Shown here: positions 40,027 through 50,715 of the stretch, in pieces
Numbering within the stretch: the stretch's first letter is position 1
How the letters are laid out: every line of letters begins with the position of its first letter
Source of the DNA: Alphaproteobacteria bacterium
Lineage (GTDB): Bacteria > Pseudomonadota > Alphaproteobacteria > UBA828
DNA length: 64,000 bases
Assembly: GCA_965214705.1 (NCBI GenBank)
Contig: OZ243972.1
Span: forward strand, 1,664,001 to 1,728,000
Direction of reading: 5' to 3'
Translations under genes and position numbers: made by a program
Notes under the pieces: model-generated
The model's database searches: none
Told to the model about the DNA's origin: nothing
The model's input: only the letters and a program-made list of their open reading frames with translations

Positions 40027-41100
40027 GTGCGCCCCATGGTGTATCTGGCAGAGCTCTTCGTCGGCCGCGTGCGCGGTGGGCTGTCGACGGCGGCGGTGAT
40101 CGCGAGCGCCATCTTCGGCTCTATCTCCGGCAGCGCGGCGGCGACGCTGACCTGCATCGGCTCCGTGCTGCTGCCCCGCCTGCGCGCGGCCAACTATCCT
40201 GAAGGCTTCTCGGCCTCGCTGATCGCCAATGCGGCCCCCCTGGGCCTGCTCATCCCGCCGAGCTCGATCCAGATCATCTACGCTTGGGTGACGCGCCAGT
40301 CGGTGCTGAAGTGCTTCCTGGCAACGGTCATGCCGGGCCTGATCCTGATCATCCTGCTGTGCGCGCTCAATCTGATCCTGATGGCGCGGCGCAAGGAAAT
40401 CGTGATGGAGCCTCCGCCCGAGAAGTTCTCCTGCGAGGCGGCGCGGCGCGGCACCAAGGCCTTCCCCGCGCTGATGATGCCGGTGGTCATCCTGGGCGGC
40501 ATCTACGGCGGCATCATGACCCCCACGGAGGCCGCAGGCGTCGCCGTGCTCTACGCCATTCCCGTGGGCTGGTTCATCTACCGGGGCCTCAACCGCAAGA
40601 CCTTCGTCGAGGCGCTGGTCGAGAGCGGCACGACCACCGGCGTCGTCATGGTGATGTTCTTCACCGTGATGATCGTGAGTCGGCTCCTGATCTTCGAGGA
40701 TATCCCGGGGCTCGCGGAGCAGCTGATCTTCTCGGTCTCCGCCAACCCGGTCGTCGCGCTGATCATGATCAACATCGTCATCGTCATCATTGGCATGCTG
40801 ATGGACGATGTCTCGGGCGTGCTGCTGGCCTCGCCGCTCCTGCTGCCGATCGCCATGAAGCTCGGCGTGGATCCCATCCACTTCGCCGCCATCATCGGCG
40901 TCAACCTCGGGATGGGGAACGTCACTCCGCCGACGGCGCCGCTGCTCTACCTCGGCGCGCGGGTGGCGAACACGCAGGTGAACAAGATGCTGTGGCCGAC
41001 CACGCTGATGATCCTGTTCGCCTGGCTGCCGACACTCATTGTCACGACCTACGTGCCGGCTGTATCCCTCTGGCTGCCGAATCTGGTCTTGGGCCGCTAA
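40027..41100 (+). pseudogene. TRAP transporter large permease DctM, 5'-truncated
   Basis: FGSISGS, LIPPS, GGIYGGI.TPTEA, TPP motifs; the N-terminal TMs and dctPQ are absent and replaced by the integrase element. Confidence 0.8.
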
Positions 41101-41117
41101 GCGCTGGAGGAAGAGAC

Positions 41118-42245
41118 GTGAGAATCAGCGAGATCGTCACGACGCCGCTCTGGATTCCCTACAAGCAGCCCTATCACTGGGCCCAGGGCATCACTCTCGG
41201 CGCCGGCGTGGTGTTGGTGGAGGTCCGTACCGACGAGGGCGTGACCGGCTACGGAGAGTCGATCGCCACGCCCTCGGCTGACGGGATCTGCGCCTATCTG
41301 TCTCTCGCGGCCGATGTCTGCATCGGCCGCAGCCCGTTCGAGAACGCTCGGCTGATGGGCGAGGCCTACCACACACTCTTCCAGTTGAAGGGCACCTGCA
41401 GCGCACCGCGCTTCGCGGGCCAGGTGCTGGCCGGCCTGGAGATGGCGCTCTGGGACGTCATGGGCAAGGCGGTGGGCCGTCCCGTCCATGAGCTGCTGGG
41501 CGGAAGGGTGCGCGACGAGGTTCGCTACTTCGGTTTCCCCCAAGGCGAGACCGCCGAGGAACTGGCCACCCAGGCGGCTCGCTTCGCAGAGGCCGGTTGC
41601 GACGTGATCTACGTCAAGGTAGGCCGCGGCGACGAACTCGATGCGGAAATCGTGGCGAAGGTGCGGGACGCCATCGGGCCAGAGAGGCGCTTGAGGGTGG
41701 ATCCCAACGAGCACTGGTCACCCGCACGGGCTGTTCGCATGATCCGCAAGCTCTCAGCGTTTGATATCGACCTCGTCGAGCAGCCGACGCATGCGGAGAG
41801 CATCGACGCGTTGGCGCAGGTGCGGGCCCGTAGCCCCGTCGCGGTCGCGGCAGACCAGAGCGTCTTCACGCCGCAGGAAGCCTTTCACGCCTGTCGCCAG
41901 AACGCCGCCGATCTTATCGTCATCGGCCTGCATGAGACTGGCGGCCTGCGGCGCTTCTGCGAAGTCGCCCACGTCGCCGCGGCGGCGAATGTCGAGGTCT
42001 GCATCCACGGCCTCTATGAGACCGGGATCACCACGGCGGCGGCGAACCAGGTGGCGGCGGTAACCCCCAACCTCGACGACGGCAACCAGTACATGATCGA
42101 CTTGCTGGCCTGGGACGTCGCGAAGAGCCCCGACCTGACGCTGCAGCGCGGCACGCTGCCCGTACTGGACGGTCCGGGACTGGGCTTCGAGCTCGATGAG
42201 GACGCCGTCGCCCGCGCCGCCCAAGCGTGGAATGACAGGAGCTGA
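41118..42245 (+). CDS. Mandelate racemase/muconate lactonizing (enolase superfamily) enzyme
   Basis: GLEMALWD, YVKVG, RVDPN, VEQP, GPGLG; GGAGG RBS + GTG. Confidence 0.88.
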   Translation: MRISEIVTTPLWIPYKQPYHWAQGITLGAGVVLVEVRTDEGVTGYGESIATPSADGICAYLSLAADVCIGRSPFENARLMGEAYHTLFQLKGTCSAPRFAGQVLAGLEMALWDVMGKAVGRPVHELLGGRVRDEVRYFGFPQGETAEELATQAARFAEAGCDVIYVKVGRGDELDAEIVAKVRDAIGPERRLRVDPNEHWSPARAVRMIRKLSAFDIDLVEQPTHAESIDALAQVRARSPVAVAADQSVFTPQEAFHACRQNAADLIVIGLHETGGLRRFCEVAHVAAAANVEVCIHGLYETGITTAAANQVAAVTPNLDDGNQYMIDLLAWDVAKSPDLTLQRGTLPVLDGPGLGFELDEDAVARAAQAWNDRS

Positions 42246-42331
42246 GAGCGCCCACCGTCCTAAACCGTGTCGGTGTCCCCATCCCACGTTGGGCGAGGCG
42301 GCATCTCGGTTCTCCCCGAGTAGACTGCTCC

Positions 42332-42979
42332 CTATGCCTCTCCGCCGCCGGCGTCTTCGTTGGTTGGCTCCGCCGAGGAGTCCTTCATCATCTTCCTGGT
42401 GCTCTCCCTGTCGAACACCGACACGGAAAGCATCAAGGCATCCTCTTCGCCCAGGGCGACGAACCCGTGGGGCATCAGGCTATCGAAATGGACCGAATCG
42501 CCCTGCTCCAGAACGGTCGGGCTGTAGGGCTCCATGTAGAACCGCACGCTGCCACGCAGGATGTAGATGATTTCCTCGCCCGCATGGGTGCTCATGGCTG
42601 CCGGCTCGCCTCGTCCCGCCGGCACCCGAACCACCGCAGGCTGAAGCGCCTTCATCGCGATTTCGCTGCTCAGCGCCTCGTATTCACCCAGCGGTGTTTC
42701 GTAGCGGACGCCCCCGCCCGCCCGCGTGATCGTCCGGGCGCCGTGCGCAAAGGTGTAGAAGCTCTCGCCCAGGAGCGCGAGGAGGTCGAGGCCGAGGCCG
42801 TCGGCAAGGCGGGTTAGCACGTCGAAGTTGGGGGATGACTGGTTGTTTTCGATCTTCGAGAGGGTCGAGATCGCGACGCCCGTCTTGGCGCTGACCGCCG
42901 CAAGGGTCAGGTTGTTGTTCTTTCTCAGGCGTTGCAGCGCCCTGCCGATGTTGTTCCGCTCGTGCCGCTCAGCCGCCAT
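42332..42979 (-). CDS. XRE HTH + cupin transcriptional regulator
   Basis: STLSKIENNQSSP; HAGEEIIY...GDSVHFDS..PH. Confidence 0.88.
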   Translation of the reverse strand: MAAERHERNNIGRALQRLRKNNNLTLAAVSAKTGVAISTLSKIENNQSSPNFDVLTRLADGLGLDLLALLGESFYTFAHGARTITRAGGGVRYETPLGEYEALSSEIAMKALQPAVVRVPAGRGEPAAMSTHAGEEIIYILRGSVRFYMEPYSPTVLEQGDSVHFDSLMPHGFVALGEEDALMLSVSVFDRESTRKMMKDSSAEPTNEDAGGGEA

Positions 42980-43101
42980 GGGAGCCTCGAGTCCGCTCGT
43001 GTCTCGTCGCGAAAACAGTACCACCGACCTGCGCTGATGCCAGCGGCCGTCGTTCACCTCACCGGCGAGCCGGCCCTCGTGCTGCCCCGGCGCCCGCCGG
43101 A

Positions 43102-44330
43102 TCAGGCCCGAGCCACCGGCGGGATGTAGTCCTCCAGGTCCTCCTCGCCGAAGCGGACGGTGCGCCCCAGCTCGGCGGAGCGATAGAGCGCCATGAGTAT
43201 CTCGGTCACGGCGAGACCGTCGCGGAAGGTCTCCGTGGGCGTCGTGCCGGTGCGGAAGCACTCCACCATGTGGCGGTTCTCGCTGGTGTAGCCGTAGACC
43301 CCGGCCTCGTCCTCCAGCGCCGGCATCAGGCCCTGCTCGGCGTTCTGCTTCCCTCGCCGGCGGCACCCTTGACCGCACGCGAGATGAAGACCTTGAGCCC
43401 GGTGCCGAGGGAAGAGAACTCCATCGAGTATTCCGGGCCCAGCAGCTCAAGCTGGATGCGCAAGCCGGCGCCGACATAGGCCCAGGACGTGGTGGTCTCG
43501 ATCATTGCCTCGTTGCCGTCCGGATCCTCCAGAACCAGCGTGCCGCGCGCGAAGTCCTCGGCGGGCCTGCGGCCATAGTCGACCTCTCGCCCCATCTCGC
43601 GCTTGAGGCGCCGCACGTAAGCCGGCCGGGTCCACTTGAGGTTGGCGATGGTGGCGTTGGCGCTCACCACCCTGAGCGTGTCGCGCGCCTCACCCGGCGC
43701 GGTCAGCAGGTGGCGCGCGACCTCCACTGAGTGGCACATCATGTCCGACAGCACGCCGCCGCCCTGCTTCTCGCCCTGCCAGAACCAGGGCATGTGCGGG
43801 CCGGAATGCTCCTCGGCCGCGCGCGCGAGATAGGGCCGGCCGGTGAGCGGCACGGCGCGGCGCCAGATGATCTCCTTGCCGCGCTCGACCGCGGTCGAGA
43901 ACACCTGGTTCTCCAAGTAGCCGGTGGCGAGCCTGGCGTCGTCCGCAAGCCGGACCATGGCGCGGGCCTCGGCCAGATTGCGCGCGAGGGGTTTTTCGCA
44001 GGCGATGCCGCGCAGCCGCTTGCCGCCCTTCACCGCCTTGTGGATCGCCTCCATCGTGGCGACGCGGGTGTCGTTGGGCGAGAGGATCCAGAGCGCATCC
44101 ACGTCCTTCGCGCGGATCAGCTTGTCGAGCGACGAATGAGCCGTGCAGGGGCCGAGGTCGAGCTCGTTGGCACGCGCGGCGAGCGCGCTGCGGCTCTCCT
44201 TCGTCGGGCTGTAAACCCCGGTGATGGCGCAGTTGCGCACGCCGGTGAAGGATTCGAGGTGGAAGCGCGCTATGAAGCCCGCGCCGATCATCCCGATACG
44301 CAGCGTCTTCAGCGGCTTGCGCTGGGCCAT
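43102..44330 (-). pseudogene. Gfo/Idh/MocA oxidoreductase, frameshifted near 43350
   Basis: IGAGFIA, CEKPL; frame breaks at GAAGE and resumes KQNAEQGLMP in another frame. Confidence 0.8.
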
Positions 44331-44496
44331 GGTCTCTTCCTCCTCGTGCCGTCGGCGTGGACCGGCATTATGGCACTTGATCCCTGGACGCCGAACCACG
44401 CCGGAGCGCCCATGACCGTGGCAGGACATCCGCGTTAGAGTACGGGTGCGCGCAAGCGACACCGTCGGGCCGATTGCCGCTTCGGGAGGCAGCGTC

Positions 44497-45570
44497 ATGG
44501 AACTCGGCATGCTGATGATGCCGTTGCACCGGCCAGAGCGGCCGTTCCTCACGGTGCTGCGCGAGGACCAGGAGGCGATCGTGCTCGCGGACGAGCTGGG
44601 CTTCAGCGAGGTCTACGTCGGCGAGCACTATTCCAACAAGCCGGAGCAGATCACCTCGCCCTTCATCTTCCTCGCGACCCTGATCGAGCGCACCAGGCAG
44701 ATCAAGTTCGGCACAGGCGTCATCAACCTGCCGCAGCAGCACCCGGCCATCGTCGCCGCCCACGCTGCGATGTTCGACCAGCTCACCGAGGGCCGCTTCA
44801 TATTCGGCATCGGTCCCGGCGGCTCGCCCGGCGACTTCGAGATGTTCAAGCTGAACAACCCGCCGGACCGGCCCAGGATGATGCAGGAGTCCATCGAGAC
44901 GATCCTGAAGATCTGGTCGCAGGAGCCGCCCTACGAGTTCCCCGGCGGCTACTGGGATTTTCGGATCAAGGACGCCTACCGCAGCGATCTCGGCGTGGGC
45001 GTCATGGCCCGGCCCTACCAGACACCGCACCCGCCCATCGCCGTCTCGATCATGAGCCCGCGCTCCGGCAGTGCGCGGACCGCCGGCGCGCACGGCTGGA
45101 TACCGATCTCCGCAAACTTCACCCCGGCCTGCCACGTCAAGACCCACTGGGAGGCCTATTCGGAAGGCTGCGAAGCGGAGGGACGCGAGCCCGACCCTGC
45201 GATCTGGCGCGCGGCCCGCAGCATCCTCGTGACCGAGAGCGACGCCGAGGCCGAGGACTACCTGGCCGACCCCGACAACACGCTCGCCTTCTACTTCAAC
45301 TACCTGCGCACGGTGCTGCTCGACGCCGACTTCGGCGCGCTGCTGAAGGACGACCCCGCCATGTCGGACGAGGCGGTCACCACCCGGTACATGCTGGATG
45401 CGATGGTCGTGGCCGGCAGCCCCAGAACCGTGACCCAAAAACTCGTGGCCTTTCGCGAGGAGGTCGGCGACTTCGGCACCCTGATCGCGACCGCGCACGA
45501 CTGGGACGACGAAGCTCGTTGGCGCCGCTCCATGCGTCTGCTCGCCGACGAGGTCGTCCCGCACCTCTAG
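44497..45570 (+). CDS. LLM-class (luciferase-like) flavin oxidoreductase
   Basis: ADELGFSEVYVGEH, GRFIFGIGPG, PYQTPHPP. Confidence 0.9.
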   Translation: MELGMLMMPLHRPERPFLTVLREDQEAIVLADELGFSEVYVGEHYSNKPEQITSPFIFLATLIERTRQIKFGTGVINLPQQHPAIVAAHAAMFDQLTEGRFIFGIGPGGSPGDFEMFKLNNPPDRPRMMQESIETILKIWSQEPPYEFPGGYWDFRIKDAYRSDLGVGVMARPYQTPHPPIAVSIMSPRSGSARTAGAHGWIPISANFTPACHVKTHWEAYSEGCEAEGREPDPAIWRAARSILVTESDAEAEDYLADPDNTLAFYFNYLRTVLLDADFGALLKDDPAMSDEAVTTRYMLDAMVVAGSPRTVTQKLVAFREEVGDFGTLIATAHDWDDEARWRRSMRLLADEVVPHL

Positions 45571-45582
45571 CGGGGACGCACG

Positions 45583-47073
45583 ATGGCTTCCACCGACTAC
45601 GATCTCGTGATACGCGGCGGCACAGTGGCCACGGCCGCCGACACGGTCGCCTGCGACGTGGGCATCCGCGGCGGCCGCATCGTCGCGTTAGCGGAGGGTC
45701 TAAGTGCCGGCGCTGACGAGATCGACGCCCGCGGAAACCTCGTGCTGCCGGGCGGGGTCGACAGCCACTGCCACATCGACCAGCCATCGTCCATGGGCGC
45801 CACCACGGCCGACGACTTCCGCTCCGGCTCCATCTCCGCCGCCTGCGGCGGCACCACCTGCATCATCCCCTTCGCAGCGCAGCACCGGGGGCAATCGCTC
45901 CGCGCCGTGGTCGAAGACTACCACGCGCGTGCCCGCGGCAAGGCTGTGATCGATTACGCCTTCCACCTGATCGTCTCGGACCCGACCGAGCAGGTGCTCG
46001 GTCAGGAGCTGCCGGCGCTGATCAAGGACGGCTACACCTCGTTCAAGATCTACATGACCTACGACGCGCTCAAGCTGGACGACCGCCAGGTCCTCGACGT
46101 GCTGGCAGCGGCGCGGCGCGAGGGCGCCATGGTGATGGTCCACGCCGAGAACCACGACGTCATCGCCTGGCTCACGGAGCGGCTGATCGGCGCCGGCCGT
46201 TCCGCCCCCCAGTTCCATGCGGTGGCCCATGCCGCGGCGGCCGAGCGCGAGGCCACTCACCGGGCGATCACGCTTGCCGAGATCGTCGACCTGCCGATCC
46301 TGATCGTGCATGTCTCGGCGCGGGCGGCGATGGAGGAGATCCGCGTCGCCAAGGCACGGGGGCTCAGACTCTACGCCGAGACCTGCCCGCAGTATCTCTT
46401 CCTCACCGCCGCCGACCTCGACCGCGAGGGCTTCGAGGGCGCCAAGTACGTCTGTAGCCCGCCGCCGCGCGATGCGGCGAACCAGGAGCACGTCTGGCGC
46501 GGGCTGGAGGGCGGCGTGTTCGACGTCTTCTCGTCCGACCACGCGCCTTATCGCTACGACGATCCGGAGGGCAAGCAGATGCACGGCAAGGGCGCGCCCT
46601 TCAACCGGATCGCGAACGGCGTGCCGGGGCTCGAAATCCGCCTGCCGATGCTGTTCTCGGCCGGCGTGGGCTCGGGACGCATAAGCCTCAACCGCTTCGT
46701 CGACCTCTGCTGCACCCGGCCGGCGAAGCTCTACGGCCTCTATCCGCGCAAGGGCTCCATCGCGGTGGGCGGCGACGCCGACATCGCGATCTGGGACCCC
46801 GAGCGGCGGGTGACGATCTCGCAAGACATGCTGCACGACAATCTCGACTACACGCCCTACGAGGGCCGCACGGTCACGGGCTGGCCGGTGACCACGCTCT
46901 CCCGCGGCACGGTCGTCTGGGACGACGGCGCGGTGCTAGGCGAGCCGGGGCGCGGCGAATTTCTGCGTTGCGACCTGCCGGCCGCCGCACATCCGCTCGG
47001 CCGGCGGGTCCACGGCTTTGCGCCCGAGAGCGGCGACTACGACGCCCCATGGGTGGGGGAGAGCGAAACATGA
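45583..47073 (+). CDS. hydA: D-hydantoinase/dihydropyrimidinase
   Basis: PGGVDSHCH, SFKIYMTY, VHAEN, SSDHAP. Confidence 0.93.
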   Translation: MASTDYDLVIRGGTVATAADTVACDVGIRGGRIVALAEGLSAGADEIDARGNLVLPGGVDSHCHIDQPSSMGATTADDFRSGSISAACGGTTCIIPFAAQHRGQSLRAVVEDYHARARGKAVIDYAFHLIVSDPTEQVLGQELPALIKDGYTSFKIYMTYDALKLDDRQVLDVLAAARREGAMVMVHAENHDVIAWLTERLIGAGRSAPQFHAVAHAAAAEREATHRAITLAEIVDLPILIVHVSARAAMEEIRVAKARGLRLYAETCPQYLFLTAADLDREGFEGAKYVCSPPPRDAANQEHVWRGLEGGVFDVFSSDHAPYRYDDPEGKQMHGKGAPFNRIANGVPGLEIRLPMLFSAGVGSGRISLNRFVDLCCTRPAKLYGLYPRKGSIAVGGDADIAIWDPERRVTISQDMLHDNLDYTPYEGRTVTGWPVTTLSRGTVVWDDGAVLGEPGRGEFLRCDLPAAAHPLGRRVHGFAPESGDYDAPWVGESET

Positions 47074-48014
47074 GCCGGATCGTCACCGTCGCGGCCGCGC
47101 AGCTCGGCCCCATCGCGCGCGACGAGCCGCGGGCTAACGTGGTCGCGCGCATGATCGCCCTGATGCGCGAGGCGGCAGAGCGCGGTGCCGACCTCGTGGT
47201 CTATCCGGAGCTTGCGCTGACCACGTTCTTCCCGCGCTGGCTGCTCGACGACGCGGAGGCGGACGCCTTCTTCGAGACGGAGATGCCGGGCCCGGAGACC
47301 CGGCCGCTCTTCGAGGAGGCTGCCGCCCTCGGCGTCGCCTTCCACCTCGGCTACGCCGAGCTTGCGCGGGAGGAGGGGGAGACCCGCCGCTTCAATACCG
47401 CCATCCTGGTAGACAAGACAGGCGCGATCGTCGGCAAATACCGCAAGGTCCATCTGCCGGGCCACGCCGAGCACGAGCCCGAGCGCGAGTTCCAGCACCT
47501 GGAGAAGCGCTACTTCGAGGTCGGCAATCTCGGCTTCCCGGTGTGGGAGGCGCTCGGCGGCCGCGTCGGCATGCTGATCTGCAACGACCGGCGCTGGCCC
47601 GAGGCCTTCCGCGTGCTCGGCCTGCAGGGCGTCGAGCTGGTGCTGATCGGCTACAACACGCCAACGCTCAACGGCCTCGCCTTCGAGCCGCCGCACCGGC
47701 GGGCCTTCCACAACCACCTCTCCATGCAGGCCGGCGCCTATCAGAACGGGGCCTGGGTGGTGGGTGTCGCCAAGGCCGGCCGGGAGGAGGGCGTCGACAT
47801 GCTGGGCGGCAGCGCTATCGTCTCGCCCAACGGCGAGATCGTGGCGCAGGCCCGCTCTGAGGACGACGAGGTCGTCGTCGTCGCCTGCGACCTGGACGAC
47901 GGCGCGTTCCTGAAGTCGAGCACCTTCAACTTCGCGGCCCACCGCCGCACCGAGCATTACGGCCTGATCGTCGAGACCACGGGCCTCGTGCCGCCGCGCG
48001 GGAAGGCACCGTGA
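47070..48014 (+). CDS. N-carbamoyl-D-amino acid hydrolase
   Basis: PELALTTFFPRW, YRKVHLPGH, QHLEKRYF, ICNDRRWPE. Confidence 0.92.
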   Translation: MSRIVTVAAAQLGPIARDEPRANVVARMIALMREAAERGADLVVYPELALTTFFPRWLLDDAEADAFFETEMPGPETRPLFEEAAALGVAFHLGYAELAREEGETRRFNTAILVDKTGAIVGKYRKVHLPGHAEHEPEREFQHLEKRYFEVGNLGFPVWEALGGRVGMLICNDRRWPEAFRVLGLQGVELVLIGYNTPTLNGLAFEPPHRRAFHNHLSMQAGAYQNGAWVVGVAKAGREEGVDMLGGSAIVSPNGEIVAQARSEDDEVVVVACDLDDGAFLKSSTFNFAAHRRTEHYGLIVETTGLVPPRGKAP

Positions 48015-48664
48015 GCGCCCGCATTCTCGTCATCAACCCGAACAGCAGCGCGACGGTCACCGACGATATCGCGCGCGCTGTGGATGGCCTGCGCTTCGAG
48101 GGCGGGCCTGCAATCGACTGCTTGACGCTGGCCGAAGGTCCGCCCGGCATCGAGACCCAGCGCCATGTCGACGAGGTGGTGACGCCGCTTTGCCGCACCA
48201 TCGAGCGGGAGAGCGCGGACGCGTTCGTCATCGCCTGCTTCTCCGACCCCGGCCTCCATGCGGCGCGGGAGGCGACCGGCACGCCGGTCTTCGGCATCGC
48301 GCAATGCGGCCTGCTGGCGGCGCTCGCGCGGGGCGAGCGCTTCGGAATCGTCGCCATTCTCGAGGGCTCGATCCCCCGACACCGGCGCTATATCGCGTCG
48401 CTTGGCCTGAGCGCACGCATGGCCGGCGAGCGCGCCATCGGGCTCGGGGTTACCCAGCTCGCGCAGGAAGAGGTCGTCGCCGCGCGCATGACCCAGGTGG
48501 CCGAGCAGCTCCGCGACGAGGACGGCGCCGACGTGATCGTTCTGGGCTGTGCCGGCATGGCCCGCTACCGGGCACCGCTCGAGGCGCATCTGGGCTGCCC
48601 CGTCATCGACCCCTCGCAGGCCGCGGTCGGCATGGCGCTCGCGATGCTCCGTAGCTCTCCCTGA
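48011..48664 (+). CDS. Hydantoin racemase (Asp/Glu racemase family)
   Basis: INPNSS, IACFSDPG, LGCAGM. Confidence 0.9.
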   Translation: MSARILVINPNSSATVTDDIARAVDGLRFEGGPAIDCLTLAEGPPGIETQRHVDEVVTPLCRTIERESADAFVIACFSDPGLHAAREATGTPVFGIAQCGLLAALARGERFGIVAILEGSIPRHRRYIASLGLSARMAGERAIGLGVTQLAQEEVVAARMTQVAEQLRDEDGADVIVLGCAGMARYRAPLEAHLGCPVIDPSQAAVGMALAMLRSSP

Positions 48665-48672
48665 CTTTAGGC

Positions 48673-48702
48673 TTGACATCACCGATAATGTGACATCATA
48701 TA
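48673..48702 (+). promoter_or_regulatory. Sigma70-type promoter of the TA operon with TGACATCA direct repeat (probably leaderless)
   Basis: TTGACA-N18-CATATA just before ATG 48705; TGACATCA at 48674 and 48691. Confidence 0.5.
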
Positions 48703-48704
48703 CG

Positions 48705-49121
48705 ATGCGATATGTGTTAGACACCAACGTCGTGGTCGCAGGGCTGCGCAGCCCGAGCGGCGCCTCCGCAGCGCTGCTCGACCATGCCTTGAGTGAAAGG
48801 TTCACGCTCTTGCTGTCCGTGGCTCTGACCTTGGAATACGAGGCGGTTTGCCGCGATCCCGCGCAGCGGATCGCGTCGGGATTGAGCGAAGAGGAGGTCT
48901 CGACCATCGTCTCGGCGCTCTGTGCGGTGTGCGAGCCGGTCGATGTGCGGTATCTGTGGCGCCCCCAGCTCCGCGATCCCGCCGACGAGATGGTGTTCGA
49001 GACTGCCGTGAACGGCAGAGCCGATGCTCTGGTGACGTTCAACCGGCGTGACTTCGGCGATGCCCCGGCGCAGTTCGGAATCGCGCTGCAGACGCCCCGG
49101 GAAGCCTTGAGGAGCTTGTGA
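48705..49121 (+). CDS. PIN-domain toxin
   Basis: VLDTNVVV...EY...DPADEMVFETA...LVTFNRRDF. Confidence 0.9.
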   Translation: MRYVLDTNVVVAGLRSPSGASAALLDHALSERFTLLLSVALTLEYEAVCRDPAQRIASGLSEEEVSTIVSALCAVCEPVDVRYLWRPQLRDPADEMVFETAVNGRADALVTFNRRDFGDAPAQFGIALQTPREALRSL

Positions 49122-49375
49122 TGGCGAAGAAGGAGACCAGCACCTACCCGCTGCGGCTGCCCAAGTCCTTGAAGGAGGCCGCCGCGCACATCGCCAGGGA
49201 AGATGGCACCAGCTTCAACCAATTCGTGGCGACCGCTGTCGCCGAAAAGGTTTCCGCCATGAAAACCGCCGATTTCTTCGCCGCCCGAAAAGCCGACGCC
49301 GACATCGAGGCGGCGCGCCGCCTGCTGCGCAGGGAGGGCGGCCAGCCGCCGGAGCCCGAAGACCGGTTGCCATAA
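49118..49375 (+). CDS. Ribbon-helix-helix (HicB-C-like) antitoxin
   Basis: YPLRLPKSL...GTSFNQFVATAVAEK; overlaps the toxin stop. Confidence 0.85.
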   Translation: MMAKKETSTYPLRLPKSLKEAAAHIAREDGTSFNQFVATAVAEKVSAMKTADFFAARKADADIEAARRLLRREGGQPPEPEDRLP

Positions 49376-49480
49376 TCGGGTTGAGAAATCCGGAGTATCA
49401 CGAAAATTTGACGGTGACTCCCGAAGACTGGCAGCATACGAGTCGCGATTGAGTGCATACATCCTGTTCGAGGACGCAGG

Positions 49481-50356
49481 ATGTTTGACGGAAGAATGGC
49501 AGCGGCCGCCAAGGCTGCGGAACAGATCGTGGCCGACGCGACACCATCGGCTCACCCGCATGGGCCGGAACTGCCGGACATGTCCGGCAGCTACGGCCGC
49601 TATATCTCTTCGGGCCTCTACGACCGGCGGTACCCGCGCCCGAACCGGCGCACGCTGCGCAAGATGAAACGGTGCCTGGTCGCCGGTGGCCGGTTTCTCG
49701 ACGTCGGCGCCGGCACCGGGCGCTACACCCTGCCGCTCCTGCAAATGAGCGGGACGCGCTGCGTGGCCCACGACATCAGCCCGGTCGCGCGCGAGACGCT
49801 GTCGGAGCGCCTGCGCGGCTTCGTGAGCGACGAACGCCTGATCATCCGGGGGGATGACCCCGACGACCTGGCCGCCGAGCTACCGCAGGCCTTCGACCTC
49901 GCGTTGCTGGCTTTCGGGGTCCTGGCACATGTTGCCCGGCGCAAAGAGCGCTTGCGCCTGCTGCGGGCCATCCGCACCATGCTGAAGGCGGAAGGCACGC
50001 TGATCCTCAGCGTGCCGAACGCGAGACGCCGGTTCCGCGCCGAGCAGCGCGATGCGGAGCCTCTGGTGCGCGAGGGCACGCTCGAGCCGGGCGACGTCCT
50101 TTACCAGCGCAACCAGGCCGACGGTAAGATTCGCCTATTCTACCACCTCTATACGCTCGACGAGGTGCATCGCGACCTTTCGGAGACTGGTTTCCGGGTG
50201 GCGAGCGTCGGGGCCGAGAGCCTGCTGTCCGAGCGGAAGGTCGTCAGTTCCCGGCCGATCGGCTGGCTCGACGCGCTGGCCTGCCAGTTCGCGCCGACGG
50301 AACTCGGCTACGATCTCCTGGCTGTTGCCCAGCCAAAGACTGCAGGCGACGTATAA
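49481..50356 (+). CDS. Class I SAM-dependent methyltransferase (start uncertain)
   Basis: FLDVGAGTGR. Confidence 0.8.
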   Translation: MFDGRMAAAAKAAEQIVADATPSAHPHGPELPDMSGSYGRYISSGLYDRRYPRPNRRTLRKMKRCLVAGGRFLDVGAGTGRYTLPLLQMSGTRCVAHDISPVARETLSERLRGFVSDERLIIRGDDPDDLAAELPQAFDLALLAFGVLAHVARRKERLRLLRAIRTMLKAEGTLILSVPNARRRFRAEQRDAEPLVREGTLEPGDVLYQRNQADGKIRLFYHLYTLDEVHRDLSETGFRVASVGAESLLSERKVVSSRPIGWLDALACQFAPTELGYDLLAVAQPKTAGDV

Positions 50357-50715
50357 ATGTTTTTCATAGCCCTCCCAGAAAAATTCTATTGGCAATTATC
50401 GTCCGGCGGTGCCATCTCTGAATAGCCGCCCACTGGCCGATCTTGCATAGATTTGGCGGAACGCGCGTCCAACTCCGCCAAGAACGGATCGCAAGGCAGG
50501 TTCCGGCCGGGAGGGGCGGGACCGGGTTCCTCCCTGCCCGCAGCTCCCGCCCCTTGGCCGCCGGCGACGGCCTACGCTGCCGCCGGCGGCCAGCGGTGTC
50601 TACAGCTCGCTCCCAATGCCTCTCCCCGGTGCTTTCCGCCATGACCCTGCCAAGACATGCGGTTTACGATAGGCACAAGCGCGACGGCCCCCCACGGCAT
50701 GAGGGAGAATGACCC

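Noticed and set aside
50433-50446. TGGCCGATCTTGCA as a sigma54 promoter
   Set aside because: GG-to-GC spacing is 8, not the required 10
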